A stretch of DNA of 63,987 bases, the filler included, from Bigelowiella natans CCMP2755 (taxonomy: Eukaryota; Protista; Cercozoa), in NCBI GenBank assembly GCA_000320545.1. It is 8 parts of 8 records of this genome, joined end to end, with 100 filler letters (N's around TTAATTAATTAA, not from the genome) between each part and the next. Parts side by side here need not be neighbours in the genome. Positions count along the whole stretch, not along the records: positions 1 to 26,113 come from ADNK01001318.1; positions 26,214 to 32,337 come from ADNK01000354.1; positions 32,438 to 54,345 come from ADNK01003297.1; 5 more parts are not named here. One strand, written 5' to 3'. Below the pieces are notes generated by a model. The model worked only from the letters and a program-made list of their open reading frames with translations. It ran no database searches and had not been told where the DNA came from. Shown here one piece after another: positions 25,549-39,002 of the stretch. Within the stretch, counting starts at the first letter, position 1, and each line of letters opens with the position of its first letter. Position numbers and translations under genes: made by a program.

Positions 25549-26088
25549 GAAAATGGGTGACCAATCACCACACATCGACGCAGGTTGCAAGGAGGCTATT
25601 GCTGCTGTCTATCTTCAGTTTGTGTCCTTTTAAAATACATTTCGAATGTTTCACAGCGTCTCTTTGTTCGTAATCCTCATCCTCATCATCAGTAGACTTA
25701 CATCCACGGAGAAGGTCAGTGGCTCCATGTTCGGCTTCTGAATTCTATATCTCATTGCAGCGACGTCGAGCGCTACCAAGCAATACAAGAGGAGAGATGA
25801 AACGACATACGTCAGTGATGATGATGGCTCCGCTTCAATTCTTCATGCGGATGATGAAAATTATGATGACGACGATGATGATGACGATGATGATGATGAT
25901 GATGACGAGTATCTTCCTCTTCCTCTTCTTCTTCTTCTTCTTCTTCTTCTTCCTCTTCTCTTCATCTGTTACTTAAAATGACATAATACTCTGGATATGA
26001 TCTCCAACCTGCCTGAGCGTAGCAGCTTCCACAATTGCCTTGATCTTGCACCGCGGTTTGCAATGCCTTTCTGCCTCCAATCAAACGA
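22912..26088 (-). CDS. Papain-family cysteine protease, cathepsin C (dipeptidyl peptidase I)-like; 5' part lost in gap
   Basis: FDWR...VQDQGNCGSCYA (catalytic Cys); YNQGCSGGYPYLVGK; YGYVGGYYGG; GPVIAAFE; WEKTDHAIVLIGWG (His); [31 protein letters not shown] (Asn). YVGGYYG and the W/FExTxH motif are typical of cathepsin C. Confidence 0.9.
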
Positions 26089-26113
26089 CTATAGGACAGA
26101 TAAAAAGGTGGAT

Positions 26114-26213
26114 NNNNNNNNNNNNNNNNNNNNNNNNNNNNNNNNNNNNNNNNNNNNTTAATTAATTAANNNNNNNNNNNNNNNNNNNNNNNNNNNNNNN
26201 NNNNNNNNNNNNN
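26114..26213. other. Assembly gap linker (same at 32338-32437, 54346-54445, 56074-56173, 58664-58763, 60873-60972, 62719-62818)
   Basis: N44-TTAATTAATTAA-N44, identical seven times, with stops in all frames. Artificial. Confidence 0.98.
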
Positions 26214-28103
26214 GTAGGGTCACCACCACAACTGAGTAGTTACCCATGATACAGGGTGTGGAGATACGAACTTCAGAGGAGGCTCTGTCGGTAAATAATA
26301 ATATATGGGGAGAGGTCTTATTCTGTCCCTTGGGGAGACACCCCCACCCCCACCACGATTATGTTGATCGGCGCTCGAGTTAGTGAGGTGGGGCGGGGGG
26401 GGGGGGGGCCGGCATATGTTTGGGGTGGTGGTGGAGGTGGAGGGGATGGAGGCGGTGGTGGGGTGGCGGCCGTTTTCTCTCTGGTGGACGACCCGGGGGC
26501 GAGGTATGAGGTGAGGGTGCGGGACCTCTGTACTCCTCCCGTTGCATCCGTATTGGAGGAGGAGGAGGAGGAGGAGGAGGAGGAGGAGGAGGAGGAGGGG
26601 GGGGGGGGGAGAAGGAGTTGGTAAAAGAATGATTTCGTTTTTAGAATGGGAGTGTATCATATGTCACCCCGCTGTCGCCTCTATCCTCCCTTGACTCTGG
26701 TCCAAATGACTTATCAGGTCGTACGCAAAACAAGCGACGAGAAGATAGAGCTTCGCATAGCGGCGCATAGGGCTATTTTGTCGTCTTGGTCGCCAAAATT
26801 CCGAGCGATGTTTCTCTCTCCTCGGATGCGGAATCTGCCTTTTGGCGCTAAGGTGCGAGTGTATTTCAATGTGCGCATTGGAATATCTGTCTGTGTGTTA
26901 GGTGCGTGTGTATGCGTGCGCGCCGCGCGCGCGTGCTATTTACTCATTTCTCCACCAGCGTCGCCACGGTCTTCTTCTTCTGGACTCTCATCCTGCTCGT
27001 TGCTGCTGTAGGTTACGATACCAGTCGAGGACCCCATTACATTTCGTGAATTCGTACGCTTTATGTACATCCCGCTGGCACGGCTCAGCCGCGACAACGT
27101 CTTCAGCATGATTCGGCTTTCACATCAGTGGCGCGTGCGCGAGCTTGAAGCGCAATGCGTGCGTTTCATTCAGAAAACCCTTACGGTAGGAAGAGGAGTG
27201 GGGGGGGGGGGGCAGACAAACTCGCCTAGACACGGACGCACACTCTATCCCCCCCCCGCACCAACCCTTCCTGAAGCAAAGGGATCGATTGATCATTGCC
27301 TTCCAAAACTTCGTTTAAAAGGTACGGGAGATCGCCAAGGACTGGGAGCTTGCTGACGTTAGGGGGCAGAAGGCATTCCACCAATCGTGCCCTGAATTCG
27401 CGGCCAAAAACGTGCGCCAATGTCACGAGATTCTCACACGAGAGCATCTTGCGAAGGTAGTAATTGTGGAGGAAAATGAGAGGAAGGAGCGGGGAGCCCG
27501 AGGGGGGGGGGGAGGGGGGGGAGAGCTTGGATGTTGAATCACATACCATGAGGTCGTATATGCGTGCGTCCTCTTCTCCACAAAGTTGGTCGATCTTCCA
27601 TTTGTTTCACACGGCCTTTCTTTGCATCTGGCCTCCTCTCCTTCGTTCCCCATTCCCCATCTCCCCGTTCTTCTTGGATCTATTCTCGCCGCCGCTTCCC
27701 TTTTCCATAGGTGCTGGCGCGTGATGACCTCGGAGTTGCCGACGAAACTGAAGTGTTTGAGATTGTCATGGAGAGGGTGCGCGGGCTCCTCAAAGGTGTG
27801 TGTGTTACTCTGAGGCCATGCCGGGGAGGGGGGAGGGGGGTTGTAGGTGCGGCGGAAAATCGCTGCCTGGAGGTGATACATTCAGAGAATTCTAGAAATT
27901 AACTCGCGTGGTGCTCTTAGACCAAAAGGAACATCGTCAGGAGGAGGGGGAGGCGGAGGAGAAAGCTATGCGACGTCACCGGCAGGGCATGATGGCTCAG
28001 GTCGTGTCGCTCCTCTCAGCTCTGCGTGTCGGGAGCCTCCCCGAGGGGTACTTGGAAGACATCGTGCTCAAGCAGAGAGAACTACAGGGTGAGAGAGGAG
28101 ACC

Positions 28104-28149
<46 letters not shown>

Positions 28150-29392
28150 GAGAAGGCGAGGAGGGCGAGGATCGTTAGGAAATTGATGCGTTTCCATCTA
28201 GCAATTCCCTCCCTCGCTCTTTCCACCCCCCCCACCCCCCCCCCTCCTAACCCTATCACCACCTTCACCATCTTCCACCACCGCCGCCATCATTGCCATC
28301 TTGATGAGCGTCGCAAAATGCTGCTGCACCATCCAGGGCCAAACGGAAAGCTGGAATCAGACTTCATGGAGGTGCTGCTGATGAGTCCGCGCCGCGCCCC
28401 CCTCGGCCGCAAAGCATACCCGGGAGGACTTCTTGGATTTCGATCGGCGACTCGACTAGGCCTTAGATTCACTTCGGTGGGGGACATCAAAGCCAATATG
28501 GTGGTGAGGGTGCTTTCTAGCGTGCCCGAGGTACTATCGACGTGCGTGCGCGCTGGCGGCTGTTTGTATGCGGTATGTGCGAAGGGGGGGGGGTTGACGA
28601 TGGCAATGCTTGATGTGGTAAGGTCGCGCGGTTGTGCAATGAAAAACCTGCTGGGGCTACTTCAGGTTGGAATAATGTATATATACGCCTAAACTCTGAA
28701 AAATACCGAAGAGCGATCTTATTCACGACAGTGATGGCGACACTGCAGCGATGTTCCGACAGTAGATGTGTAGGCGCTCGCGCCCACGTGTTTGTATTTG
28801 CCTTTTTTATGGACATGATGAGCGGGATTATCAGGAGAATGGAGGAAGTTTACAAAGTACCACCAGCCCAAGTTATTGCAATTAATAGGTGCAGTCGGAT
28901 TTCAGCCTTCGATGGCGAAGTTTTGTGGGAAGCTAGTGCGGGTGAAGAGCATCAGGTCACACGCAAAGCAGCAGCAGCAGCAGCAGCAGTAGCAGCGGCG
29001 GCAACAACAACAACAACAACAACAACGACGACGACGAACAACAACAACAACGCAAGCTGGATTAGAGGGACGAGAAAGAAGGCGAGGGGGAGAGGAAAAT
29101 TTAAAAACCGCTTCAATTACCACCATGCTAGATCGGTGTTTTGTCTTGTAATGATGATGACGATGATGATGACGAATTTCTGGCTGCCCCAGAGGATAGC
29201 CCGTGATAGCATCACAATCACAACATAACAATGCAGCGTCGGGCCAGCAGCTGCGCGCATCCACGGCTACATGTACCCGTACACGTGCCTCGAGCAAGTG
29301 CCGGCGGTAGAGCTGGAGGAGTACCAGCAACGGCTCAAAGACCGCGTCCTCAGGTATCAGTAGACTTCGACTAAGATACATAGTAAATGTTA

Positions 29393-29438
<46 letters not shown>

Positions 29439-30197
29439 AATGAATACATTCCTGCTGCGGAATCAATATGTGCTACCAGAGAGGGCGAGCTAGTCGACGT
29501 GCTTGACCGAGAGGACGATTGGCTGCCCGCGCGCGTGGAGAAGATCAAAACAGACGCGAAGAGCGGGCAGCTGGAGGCGCTCGTCTCGCTGGTGGAATTC
29601 CCTTCCAAATGGTAAGAGTCGTACGGCGAGTTTCGAGCCCAAAACAGCCTCTAATTACTGACGCCGTTCCCCTCCCCCCCCCCCCCCCCTCCCTTTCCTG
29701 ACAAAAAAGGGACGAATGGATTCCCGTGTGCTCACACCGCATCGCAGAGCTGCACGAGTACTCGAGGCGGCGCGGGGAGGTCTTGAGCGTGGTTAAGCCT
29801 ATGATCAAAAGGGGCCTTCTGAAGCAGCAGAGATTTAGTGACCTCTCCCCCCTCCTCCAGGGGTACCTTGCCTTCATTCTCGAGCACGGGGCGGATGCGA
29901 GGCAGTTCTGGACGGGTAATCGATTGTTTTGACACGAAAACCAAACAGCCTAGTGCACATGCAGATGCGTGTGGATTGGACATCTTGTGAGTGAAAATCC
30001 ATCGTTGCTCCTCTACTCATCCCTCCCACCACCAGGAGAGGTGCGGAAGGAGCTGGCGTCGGCGTTCGGAATAGAGCGGTTGCAAGTGGGGGACCAGGAA
30101 TGGGCGGCGGTGTGCGTGCACAAGCGACTCAGACACCTCTCGGCCATGATGATGGACTCGAAAGGACGCACACGTAGATCCCAACGGTAATGTGTGC

Positions 30198-30243
<46 letters not shown>

Positions 30244-30251
30244 CATATATT

Positions 30252-30301
<50 letters not shown>

Positions 30302-32337
30302 ATGTGTGATACTGCTCAGGTTCAGGCTGAACTAACACATCCACGCCTTCCTCCCCCTCCCCACCCCCTTCCCAGTGACGCAAGCAGACTCAACAGCGAC
30401 GACCCGAAATGGCCGCCAGCCTGCGTAGACGTGAGTGGATTGAAGGCCAACTCTCTTCATGAGAAGGTGCTGATGGGTCAGGAAGTAAGTCTGAGGCGTA
30501 TTGCACAGCTGGCGAATGCCAGGGTCGCTGCACGAATCGAGCATCCAAGGTTGGATTATACAAGACAACAACAGCACTAGAGAAGCTCATTCGTAATGCC
30601 ATACAAACATCTCCTATGCTCCTGTCTGAGCGACTGATCCTACCTCCCCCCCCCCCCCCCTTCCGGCAGGTTTGGAGCGGCACAGGAGGTGGAAGGGGCT
30701 GAGGCAAAGTTCTTTGCGGAGCGTTCGCACGTCGCGTCGGGAGAACTCAGCGAGTATGTCCTGCTGTCCTCCTTGTCAGTTTGCCGTACAACGCGAAATG
30801 CGCAAGCGCCACGCGGCGAGCACGCAATGACTTTGGAGACATGGGCGACGGCGTGCTGCTCGCGGCGTGTTAGGGTTGATGCTGCATGTAGATCATATGG
30901 TTAGGTGTAGGTACAATCAGGGCTTGCGAGTAGTTACTACTACTACTACAACTACTACTACTACTACCACTACTACTACTGCCTGATGGATTGCGCCCAG
31001 CACACCTGCTGTTGTCGCACATAAAACACGTCGCCGCAAGATTACACGGTGCACGATACACACAGGTACGACAACACCGGCATCCACATCCTCCCCAAGG
31101 TCCTGGAGCTGTGGGATGGGGAACGCGACGAGCTGAAGCTTACCAAAGGCCTCTCCGGGCTCGACACCGTGCTGATGCAAACGCTGCTGCGAACGACAAT
31201 GATCCACGAGGTCAAACAAGCGCGTATCACGAATGCGCCTCCATTCGTCGCCTCCGGGTGCGATGACAAATCTGTCGATGGCCTCTACAAGATCGTTGGG
31301 TACCAAAATATGCGCCCGGCGTACGAGAACGCGAGCGGCACGCGGATGTGGTTTGACGATGCGGTCTGGAGGATCAAGGCCAAAGGGTGAGTTGATGATG
31401 GGGGCTAGGAGGGGGGGAGGGAGATGAGGAAGGGGCAATGACGATGACTCGCTTTAGCTGTTAACAATCATCGGCACACCACCATCATCATCACCATCAT
31501 CATCATCATCATCATCACCATCATCACCAACCACCAACCCCCCCCCCCCACTGCTACCACACAGCTACGACCCAAAGAAGGCGGTATCGACTAGCAGCGT
31601 CTCCGCTTCCTCTTGTCGCGCAAAGAACAAGTTCCAGAAGGGCGACCCGTGCCCCATTTGCTACAAGGTAGGACGAAGAGGAATGCGCCGCGTGGTGATG
31701 AGAAGGAAAACAAGCTCCCCTCCCTCCCTCCCCCCTGACCGCCGGTTGGCCACTTTTTTCCAGGAGATGAACGAGGAGGAGGAGGCGTTGGCGTTCTGCG
31801 GAGTCAAGTGCGGCGGTGGGTTCCATGCCGAGTGCATCCGTGTTTGGGCGGCTACGCGCGAGGAGGACAACAAGGCGGTGTCCTGCCCCCTCTGCCGCGC
31901 TGACTGGAGCGGAACGTCAGTCGAATTCGAGCATGCTGTTGGGTTCTTCCCCCCCCTAGGCCGCTGGCCTGGACAAGGCGCTCCAACGCTCGCCATCACC
32001 GCGGAGGCGGGGGCTGCTGCGGCGGCGGAGGCGGCGGCAGTAGCGATGGAGAAGGAAACTAAGGGGGTGAAGGAGGGGGGGGGGGGGAAAAGAAAAGGGG
32101 GGGGGCGGGGCAGGAACCGCCACTGCGGAGGCGGGGAAAGGAGGGGGGAGGGCAAGGTGAGAAGGCCAGGAAGGCGACGAAGAGAAACGGGCTGAGAGGC
32201 GAGTCGAAGGCGCTACCAGCGCGGAGCAATCTGGAGGACCAGCTGAAGACACCTGTAGGCATTTGTGAACGTCTCATCTGCGGTCTTGGAAAGAGTAACA
32301 ACCCCAACAGGTGTGGGGGCCGGGGTGGGGGGGATTG
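26214..32337 (+). CDS. Multidomain BTB/POZ-BACK ... Tudor/Agenet-like ... RING finger protein (putative E3 ligase); both ends run into gaps
   Basis: BTB: IAAHRAILSSWSPKFRAMF...FREFVRFMY...ELEAQCVRFI. BACK: LARDDLGVADETEVFE. Tudor-like: GELVDVLDREDDWLPARV...W|DEWI. RING: CPICYK|EM...CGVKCGGGFHAECIRVW...CPLCRADW. All exons are on the + strand. Confidence 0.75.
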
Positions 32338-32437
32338 NNNNNNNNNNNNNNNNNNNNNNNNNNNNNNNNNNNNNNNNNNNNTTAATTAATTAANNNNNNN
32401 NNNNNNNNNNNNNNNNNNNNNNNNNNNNNNNNNNNNN

Positions 32438-35080
32438 CTACTACTACTTTTGCTAGCAGCCTCAAGAGAGTCCCCCCCCCCCCCGAAACCGAAGCCCGGT
32501 GGGTCTCCACCGCTGAAGGCATCATCGCCGCCGCTCTCTCCTTTTGAAGACGACTCGTTGCTATCGATAGGGCCGAAGCCAAATCCGGAGTCTCCCCCGC
32601 CCCCCGCGCCATCATCGGCGGCGGAGCCCCCGAAACCTGCAAAGGTCGCGGTTTGCTCTGCCGCAGCAGCTTCGCCGCCGCCGCCGCCGCCCTCTTCGTC
32701 TTTGGAGGTGGTGGCATCATCAGCAGCCGCGTCTTCTACGCAAGAGCTGTGATCCATGCTGCCGTCGTCAGGATGTTGGCAGCCTGGGCAGATCTTCGGT
32801 TTGCTGCCGCTGTCGCCCCCATCCCCCCCCCCCTCAGGGGCTTCATTGCCTTCGCTCTCAAGACCGCCGAAGCCCCCGAAGCCGCCGTCGTTCTGCTCGC
32901 CGTGTTCGTCAGTCTTCTCAGGGGCGAAGGAAAAGCCTGAGAAATCGCCGCCGTCATCTTTGGCGGTAGCAGCTCCTCCCTCAGCGCCGAAGCCGACCGT
33001 GGTCGCCGGCCAAGCTGCTTCTTCCTTGCTGTCTTCCTTGCCGTCTTTGCTGGAAGAGGAGGAGGAGGAGAGCTCGAAAGAGCTCGCGGCATCGTCTTTC
33101 TTCTCATCAGCAGCAGCAGCAGCTTCTTTGCTACTTGCCCCCCCTCAAACGATGCAAGCGCAAAGGAGTCGGAGGGGCCCTTTGCTTCCTCCGCACCATC
33201 TGCGCCGAGTATTCCAAATCCGTCGTCACTCTTTCCACTTTCAGCAGTATTGTTAGTAGCAGCGTCCTCCCCCCCCAACGCAGCAGTAAAAGGATCCCCC
33301 GTAGAGGGGGGGAAATCCGCAAGACCGTTGCTCTTATCTTCCGACGTCGCCGGCCATTTTTCGAACGATGAGCCGTGTTGTGCGAAACCATCTTTCGGCT
33401 GCTCTCCCTCTGCCCCCCCGTCGATTTGTTGTTGTTTTTCTGAATCGTTGAACGTAGCGGCAGGGGGGGTACCAGCAGCAGTGCGACGAGACTTCTTCGC
33501 GGATCTCTTGGAGCTGCTGCTAAAGGGGTCGGATGAGCTTGGATAGTGCTCGTCGTCGTCCTCCGCATCCTCCGAGCCGTCCGGTACCACGAAGGCCATC
33601 GATTCCTGCTTCTTTTTGGCACTAGCACTAGCAGTATTGTCGTTATTATTGTAAGGCGAGGATCTTTTCCGCCTGTTCTTCTTCCGGTCGTCGCTTTGAA
33701 TAGCTCTGTAAGATGAGGAGGGGGTCGGGCCATCGCCAACCGCCTGCTCCGTGTGCTGCGTCGATGGCGGCGGCGGCGGTGTGTACGTGTAGCCGTGCGA
33801 GCCGTGTGCGGTCTCCTCTCCATCATTTGTTTCATTCGGCGAGGAAGGAGGCTTCGCGGCGACAGCAGCCGCCTCGGATTGCGAGAAGCGTATCGATCGA
33901 TGCTTGTCTCGTCTTATGGGCGTCCGCCGCCGCGCCTGCAGCCCCGCCTGGAATGCGAACCGCATCGGGGTTCTCATTCTTATCAGGGGGGAGGACATTC
34001 GGTTCAGGGTCTGGCGGATTTCCTCCGATGTCCTGCTGGTGGAGAGGGGGGGCTGGCGCGCCGCCGAGAGCCTCGCGGAGGAAGCATCATACTGTCTGCT
34101 GTAAGGGCTGGTGTGAGCTGAAATGACGCCTCTTTCTCTCCACCGGCTCCTTGATAACGGGGTGGTTGCAGTAGTAGTGCGAGTCGATCCTCGAGGCCCA
34201 TATGCGCCGAGGGAGTAGGACGTGTTCGCGACGGCCATGCGCCGCTGCGCTTGAGCGCGCGATGCGGTGCGAGCACGTATGGGGGTGCGAGTAGTGCGAG
34301 ACTGAGGTCGGGAGGGGGGGGGGCGGTCGTCTTCTCGCATGTTCTCCCTCATCATGCGGATGTACATGTTGATTTCCTCCCTGGTGAAGCCTTTTACCCT
34401 TCCTCGGTTGATGGCCTGCATAATCCCATACACCTAATAACATACGCAGAGGAGTGGCAGCAGCAGCAGGTGTGTTTAGCAAACGTTGTGTATCCCTCCA
34501 TGATTAGATCGGACTGCTACAGCTGTAACCACGTCTACTAACAATTACTACCTTCTCGGCGTCGTCGCCATCTAGAGACTTCCTGTCTTCTTGCATCCCC
34601 GTGGTGCTCCCCGTGCTTGTCCCAGAAAGCTCCTCAGCTGCAGTTTCAACTGGCAAACAAAGGGCAGATCCATTCATGTAAGTTAGACATTGGTGTCTGG
34701 GCTGCTAAGAAAACGAATAGAATCTCTTTGGTCTTACCGCGAGTTCGGGCTTTTTTGGTCGGCGGCGCAGAAGAACCTCCGCTCCACCAGCTGCTCACGC
34801 TCTCGACAAGCCTTGTCACGAGGGATTTCTTCTTGGACTGAATGATACGTTACACATCAAATATTAATGAGAGAATGCGGTCACCCCAACACCTTATTGC
34901 ATAAAAATTCATTATTTCGATAATCTTGCACTCACAACAAAGCACCGCTATTCCGCATAAAATAGCATGGTATGCAAGCTTTTGAGCATTGGAAAACTGC
35001 ACGACCTGCTCTACTTCATCGGCATCAGCGACCGATGACGATCTCCGGCGCTTCCGGTTGGACGTCGTCCAATTAGACAT
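32438..35080 (-). CDS. FG-repeat nucleoporin, Nup1/Nup136/Nup153-like (3' end in gap; frameshift at 33138-33144)
   Basis: Basic N-terminus (RKRRRS); KKSLVTRLVESVSSWW; KGFTREEINMYIRMMRE; long disordered body; C-terminal FG motifs (VGFG, GFSF, GGFGGFGG, FAGFGG, SGFGFG, PGFGFGG) in the frame after a G7 tract. Confidence 0.6.
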
Positions 35081-36428
35081 CCTCTCTCTCCTCGCTATCT
35101 CTTGCTATGCTCGCGAGGATGGCGGGTGGATGCACGGGGTTGAGATTTAATAAAAATTGCCAATCGCATCTATTTTATACCTACGACAACCATTCAGAAG
35201 GAATTTTTCCCGCACGGAAAAAAGCGGGGAAGGATAGGAACCCGCGCGCAACGATCAGATGTCGAATCCTCGTTGTGTTTTCTGTGTAATTCTCATTAGG
35301 CATCTAATTATCACATGCGACATGACATTGATTTAGTTATGCAATAAATCACCAGCATTTGTTGGTTGGGCAGAAAGAGAAAACGAGAAAATAAGTGGGG
35401 CTTTGACGTGAAATTCTTTTCAACTCAAATTAATTTAGCGGATTGACCATTGGTTTCCAGCGGCTGATGCGAACGGAACGTGCTCGATCGATCGAAACAT
35501 TTCATTCAATGAAAGCACTCACTTCTCTCTTTCTTTCTTTCTCGATCACTGGCGACCGAGGCAGGGAATGATCGACAGGGCTACCAGGAAAAATGTAATC
35601 ACACAGCCCTCTCCAGTCTTCCTCGTTGAAGAAACAAAAGTCTGTGCTTGCAGAGTCGTGAAGTGGCGTGCGCGTGCGCACAGTCGCATCGTCGCTGTCT
35701 GCCGCTAGACATGCGTGCGCGTTCTCAGAAGGGCCCGTTGAAGGCAGAACAATATGCACATTGCACACACACTGCACGTGGTGTGCTAGTGTGTGACAGC
35801 GCTGGAGCGTGCCATGCGATGCCCGCAGCAGCTCCAGAGCGCACCGTCCGCAGCGTGGCCAGGTGGCCTGCTGGCCGCCTCTGGCCTGTCCAGCTGTGCA
35901 CGCTTGTCAGTTCTGGAGTTTTTTGGTGACATGTGGATGCCAGGCTTTGCTTTGTGTTGCACGTCAGCACGTCTAGGCATGCGTGGCATCTAGCATCACA
36001 CCTCGCTGTGCGATCTCACTTGCTCAGCAAATTTCAGCACGTCCCACACTGGCATGCTAGCAGCATGTTGTGGATTGCCAGAGTGGCACATGGCATTCTG
36101 CTAGTTCTGGTGTTGTTGAACGCTTGTAGTTGGACCGAGCACACTGTTCCTTTCTACGCAGTTCACAGTGTTCTAGCATTGTGGCAGCTCAGCCATTCCT
36201 GAGATGCGAAGGGCAAGGGAGCAGTTCAAGCCTGTTGATGTAGCCATAATGGCTCCATTCGTGAAAGAACACGTGCATGAAACTACATATGTTCGTACGC
36301 GTACACACGAATATAGTCATAAAGGCTCTATTTGTTTTCAATGCAATGGAGTTGGGCGACGAGCTTGCGCATGCAGTCAGCAGTGCATTGCCTCACATCT
36401 GTAGACATGTCTAATTTGCTAGTACCAT

Positions 36429-37210
36429 CTACTTCGTTATTTTAAAGAATACGAATGGCATCATGCATTCGGGAAAGCTTTCCTTCTCCTCCTTCGTGCG
36501 CACATCCTTGGTTGCCGTGGTGGCGTCGGCAGGTGCATGTGCTCTTTGATCCTCCTCCGGCATCGGGAAACTAAACTTTTTCACTCCTTCGTCATTCCAC
36601 GTGTCAAGTGACTTCCAGTCACACGCCTTGCCGAGCTCCAAAAGCTTCTGGACGTAAAGTTTCTTTTCCCTCAACTTCACCGGAAGGTACTTGACCGATT
36701 CAGCAATGACAACGCACTTCGAGGCGGCCACGGAGTTCAGAAGGGAGGGGGGCTGGCCGTCGGATCCTCCGCTGCTCGCTTTAGCTTCTATCTCTTTCCC
36801 CAAACGCTTCGCCCCCATGCACAAGTGAGCGATGTTTTGGCTAACAAAGGCAAGATCGAAAAGGTTTTTGTATCGTTCCCGGTTGATTACCATCTTCTTG
36901 AAGTCGCCGGCAAGGAAGCGGACGGAGACGCGCTTGGCAAGCTCCTCCGGAGTCATCACCGCCTCTGCTGCGTTTATCGTGTATTCAATTGACCAGAACA
37001 CCACAACCCAAGTGCGGAAACCATCGTGAGATTTGAAGGTGAGCGATGGTGGGATTAGGGAAGGAAATTTGTGTGTCTTTGTGTTTAAGACTGTGCAAGT
37101 TGGTCGGTAAATTACTAGAAAAGTAAAGAAAAATTGTGACCCGGGCCTCCCGCTTTCCTGCATTTGCGTGTTTCACTCGTGTAGTCGTTTATAAAAATAT
37201 ACACGTATCT

Positions 37211-37244
<34 letters not shown>

Positions 37245-37285
37245 TATATGTATTATTTTAGTAAGCGGTGCGACCGGTGCGGTAA

Positions 37286-37326
<41 letters not shown>

Positions 37327-37943
37327 GTCATCATACGCTAGGTAGAATATTACCGTTCTTGCTATCAGCGTCAGTGCTCTGTCCTTCTTTAATCTTTTTC
37401 TGATCCCCATCGTCGCCCCCCTCCTTATTCACACCCGCTTCTTCGAGTATTGTTGGAATATCATTATCTTCGTCGTCGTTATCCCTCCCCTCCTCTTTAT
37501 TGCTTTCTTCCTGGCCCTTCTTCGTGTCGTCGTTGCTAGCCGTGCAGGGCGCGATTTTGGATAGGATCTTCTCCAAATTGCTCTCACATATATCAACCGA
37601 ATGCTTCTTGTACTGCTTGGATGCCCGTTCTATGAACAGAAACAAAACCACCTCACCTCAATATGCGCGAGCATTTATAACGCCGAAACAGCTGCCCAAA
37701 AGGCGGATCAGATCACATCTTCTCCCTCCCGTCTCTCACAGCAGACCAACTCCTTATATCAACATGTTCGTTGCAAACTCGCCGTGCACCCTCCCCTCCA
37801 ATGCACGTTATGGGCTCTTTACTACCGTAGAAGCGCAGCTCGGGTGTGTGGATCCCGAAGGCAATGTAAGGGCTAACGACAATATCTGACCAGAATCCTT
37901 TCACTTCCACAGGACCCTGAGAGAAAGAGAAATCATACTTCAA

Positions 37944-37984
<41 letters not shown>

Positions 37985-38591
37985 CGTCAAGGCGGCAGCA
38001 ACACAACGAGCAGGCAAAATGGTCTCGAGAAAAGGCAAATTCCAAGCGCCCTGAAGGAGAAACGCCGATGATGATGATGACGATGATGATGATTTTGCTA
38101 CAGATCACGCGACAAAATAAAACATCATCGGCGTTGCTCTAGCCATTCGCTCGCCTCGATGCACCTCAACGCAATAGGCACGTATCGTTTCGTATCGAAG
38201 AAGCAAAAGAGCTGCGGCGCTGGAAGTGCGAGTACACTTCTCCGTCTCACCCGTTTTCTATGGCGGGCAGCTACGAAGCTGGCGAGCGACTTGTTCGATT
38301 CCGTGCATTTCCCTTGTCGCTCTACGATGACGCCCTTGAGCCGCCATCGTTTGTAGTGGAGCTTGTGGACGATCGGCGCGTAATACTTCATCCGCATCTG
38401 CCAGCCAATCCAGATGCATACGACAAAATATAGATATATTATGAATATGTAGGGTGTGTGTGTGTGTGTGTATTGTAGCTTAAGAGGGTCTGCTTCAGTA
38501 TCGAGTGAAACTATTTATATAGCTCTTGTGATACATGGTAGAGAGGGGGGAGGGGGGGAGGGGGGGGCACTGCGACATGCTATCATTCATA

Positions 38592-38640
<49 letters not shown>

Positions 38641-38936
38641 ACACACATACAGAGTGCCTCTTACTGCGTACTTCACGTTTGCGCGCGTACGGAAAGAGAG
38701 AGTCATGTGTAAGAAATCGTCAAACTACTCCGTGAGCAAGGAGAGCAACAACAACAAACAAACGAGAAACCGTATAGTCCCAATCGATAATGTTCGTTGC
38801 GGAATCATAGCGCGACCCCAAATAGTGTCGGCATCGGTTCTCCCAGCACTGCCCGCTGTCAAAGCTACTCTGCTTGTTCCCCTTGTCTTTCCGGAGGAAG
38901 CTCAAAACCGACTTTGAGTTAATAATGGGGATGATG

Positions 38937-39002
<66 letters not shown>

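Noticed and set aside
26158-26169. TTAATTAATTAA repeated seven times within N runs
   Set aside because: Artificial scaffolding linker, not a biological repeat or CRISPR-like array.
32736-33137. C-terminus of the 565-aa ORF (QVAKKLLLLLMRRK...)
   Set aside because: Probably the wrong frame after a G-run error; the alternative frame continues the acidic FG-rich composition.
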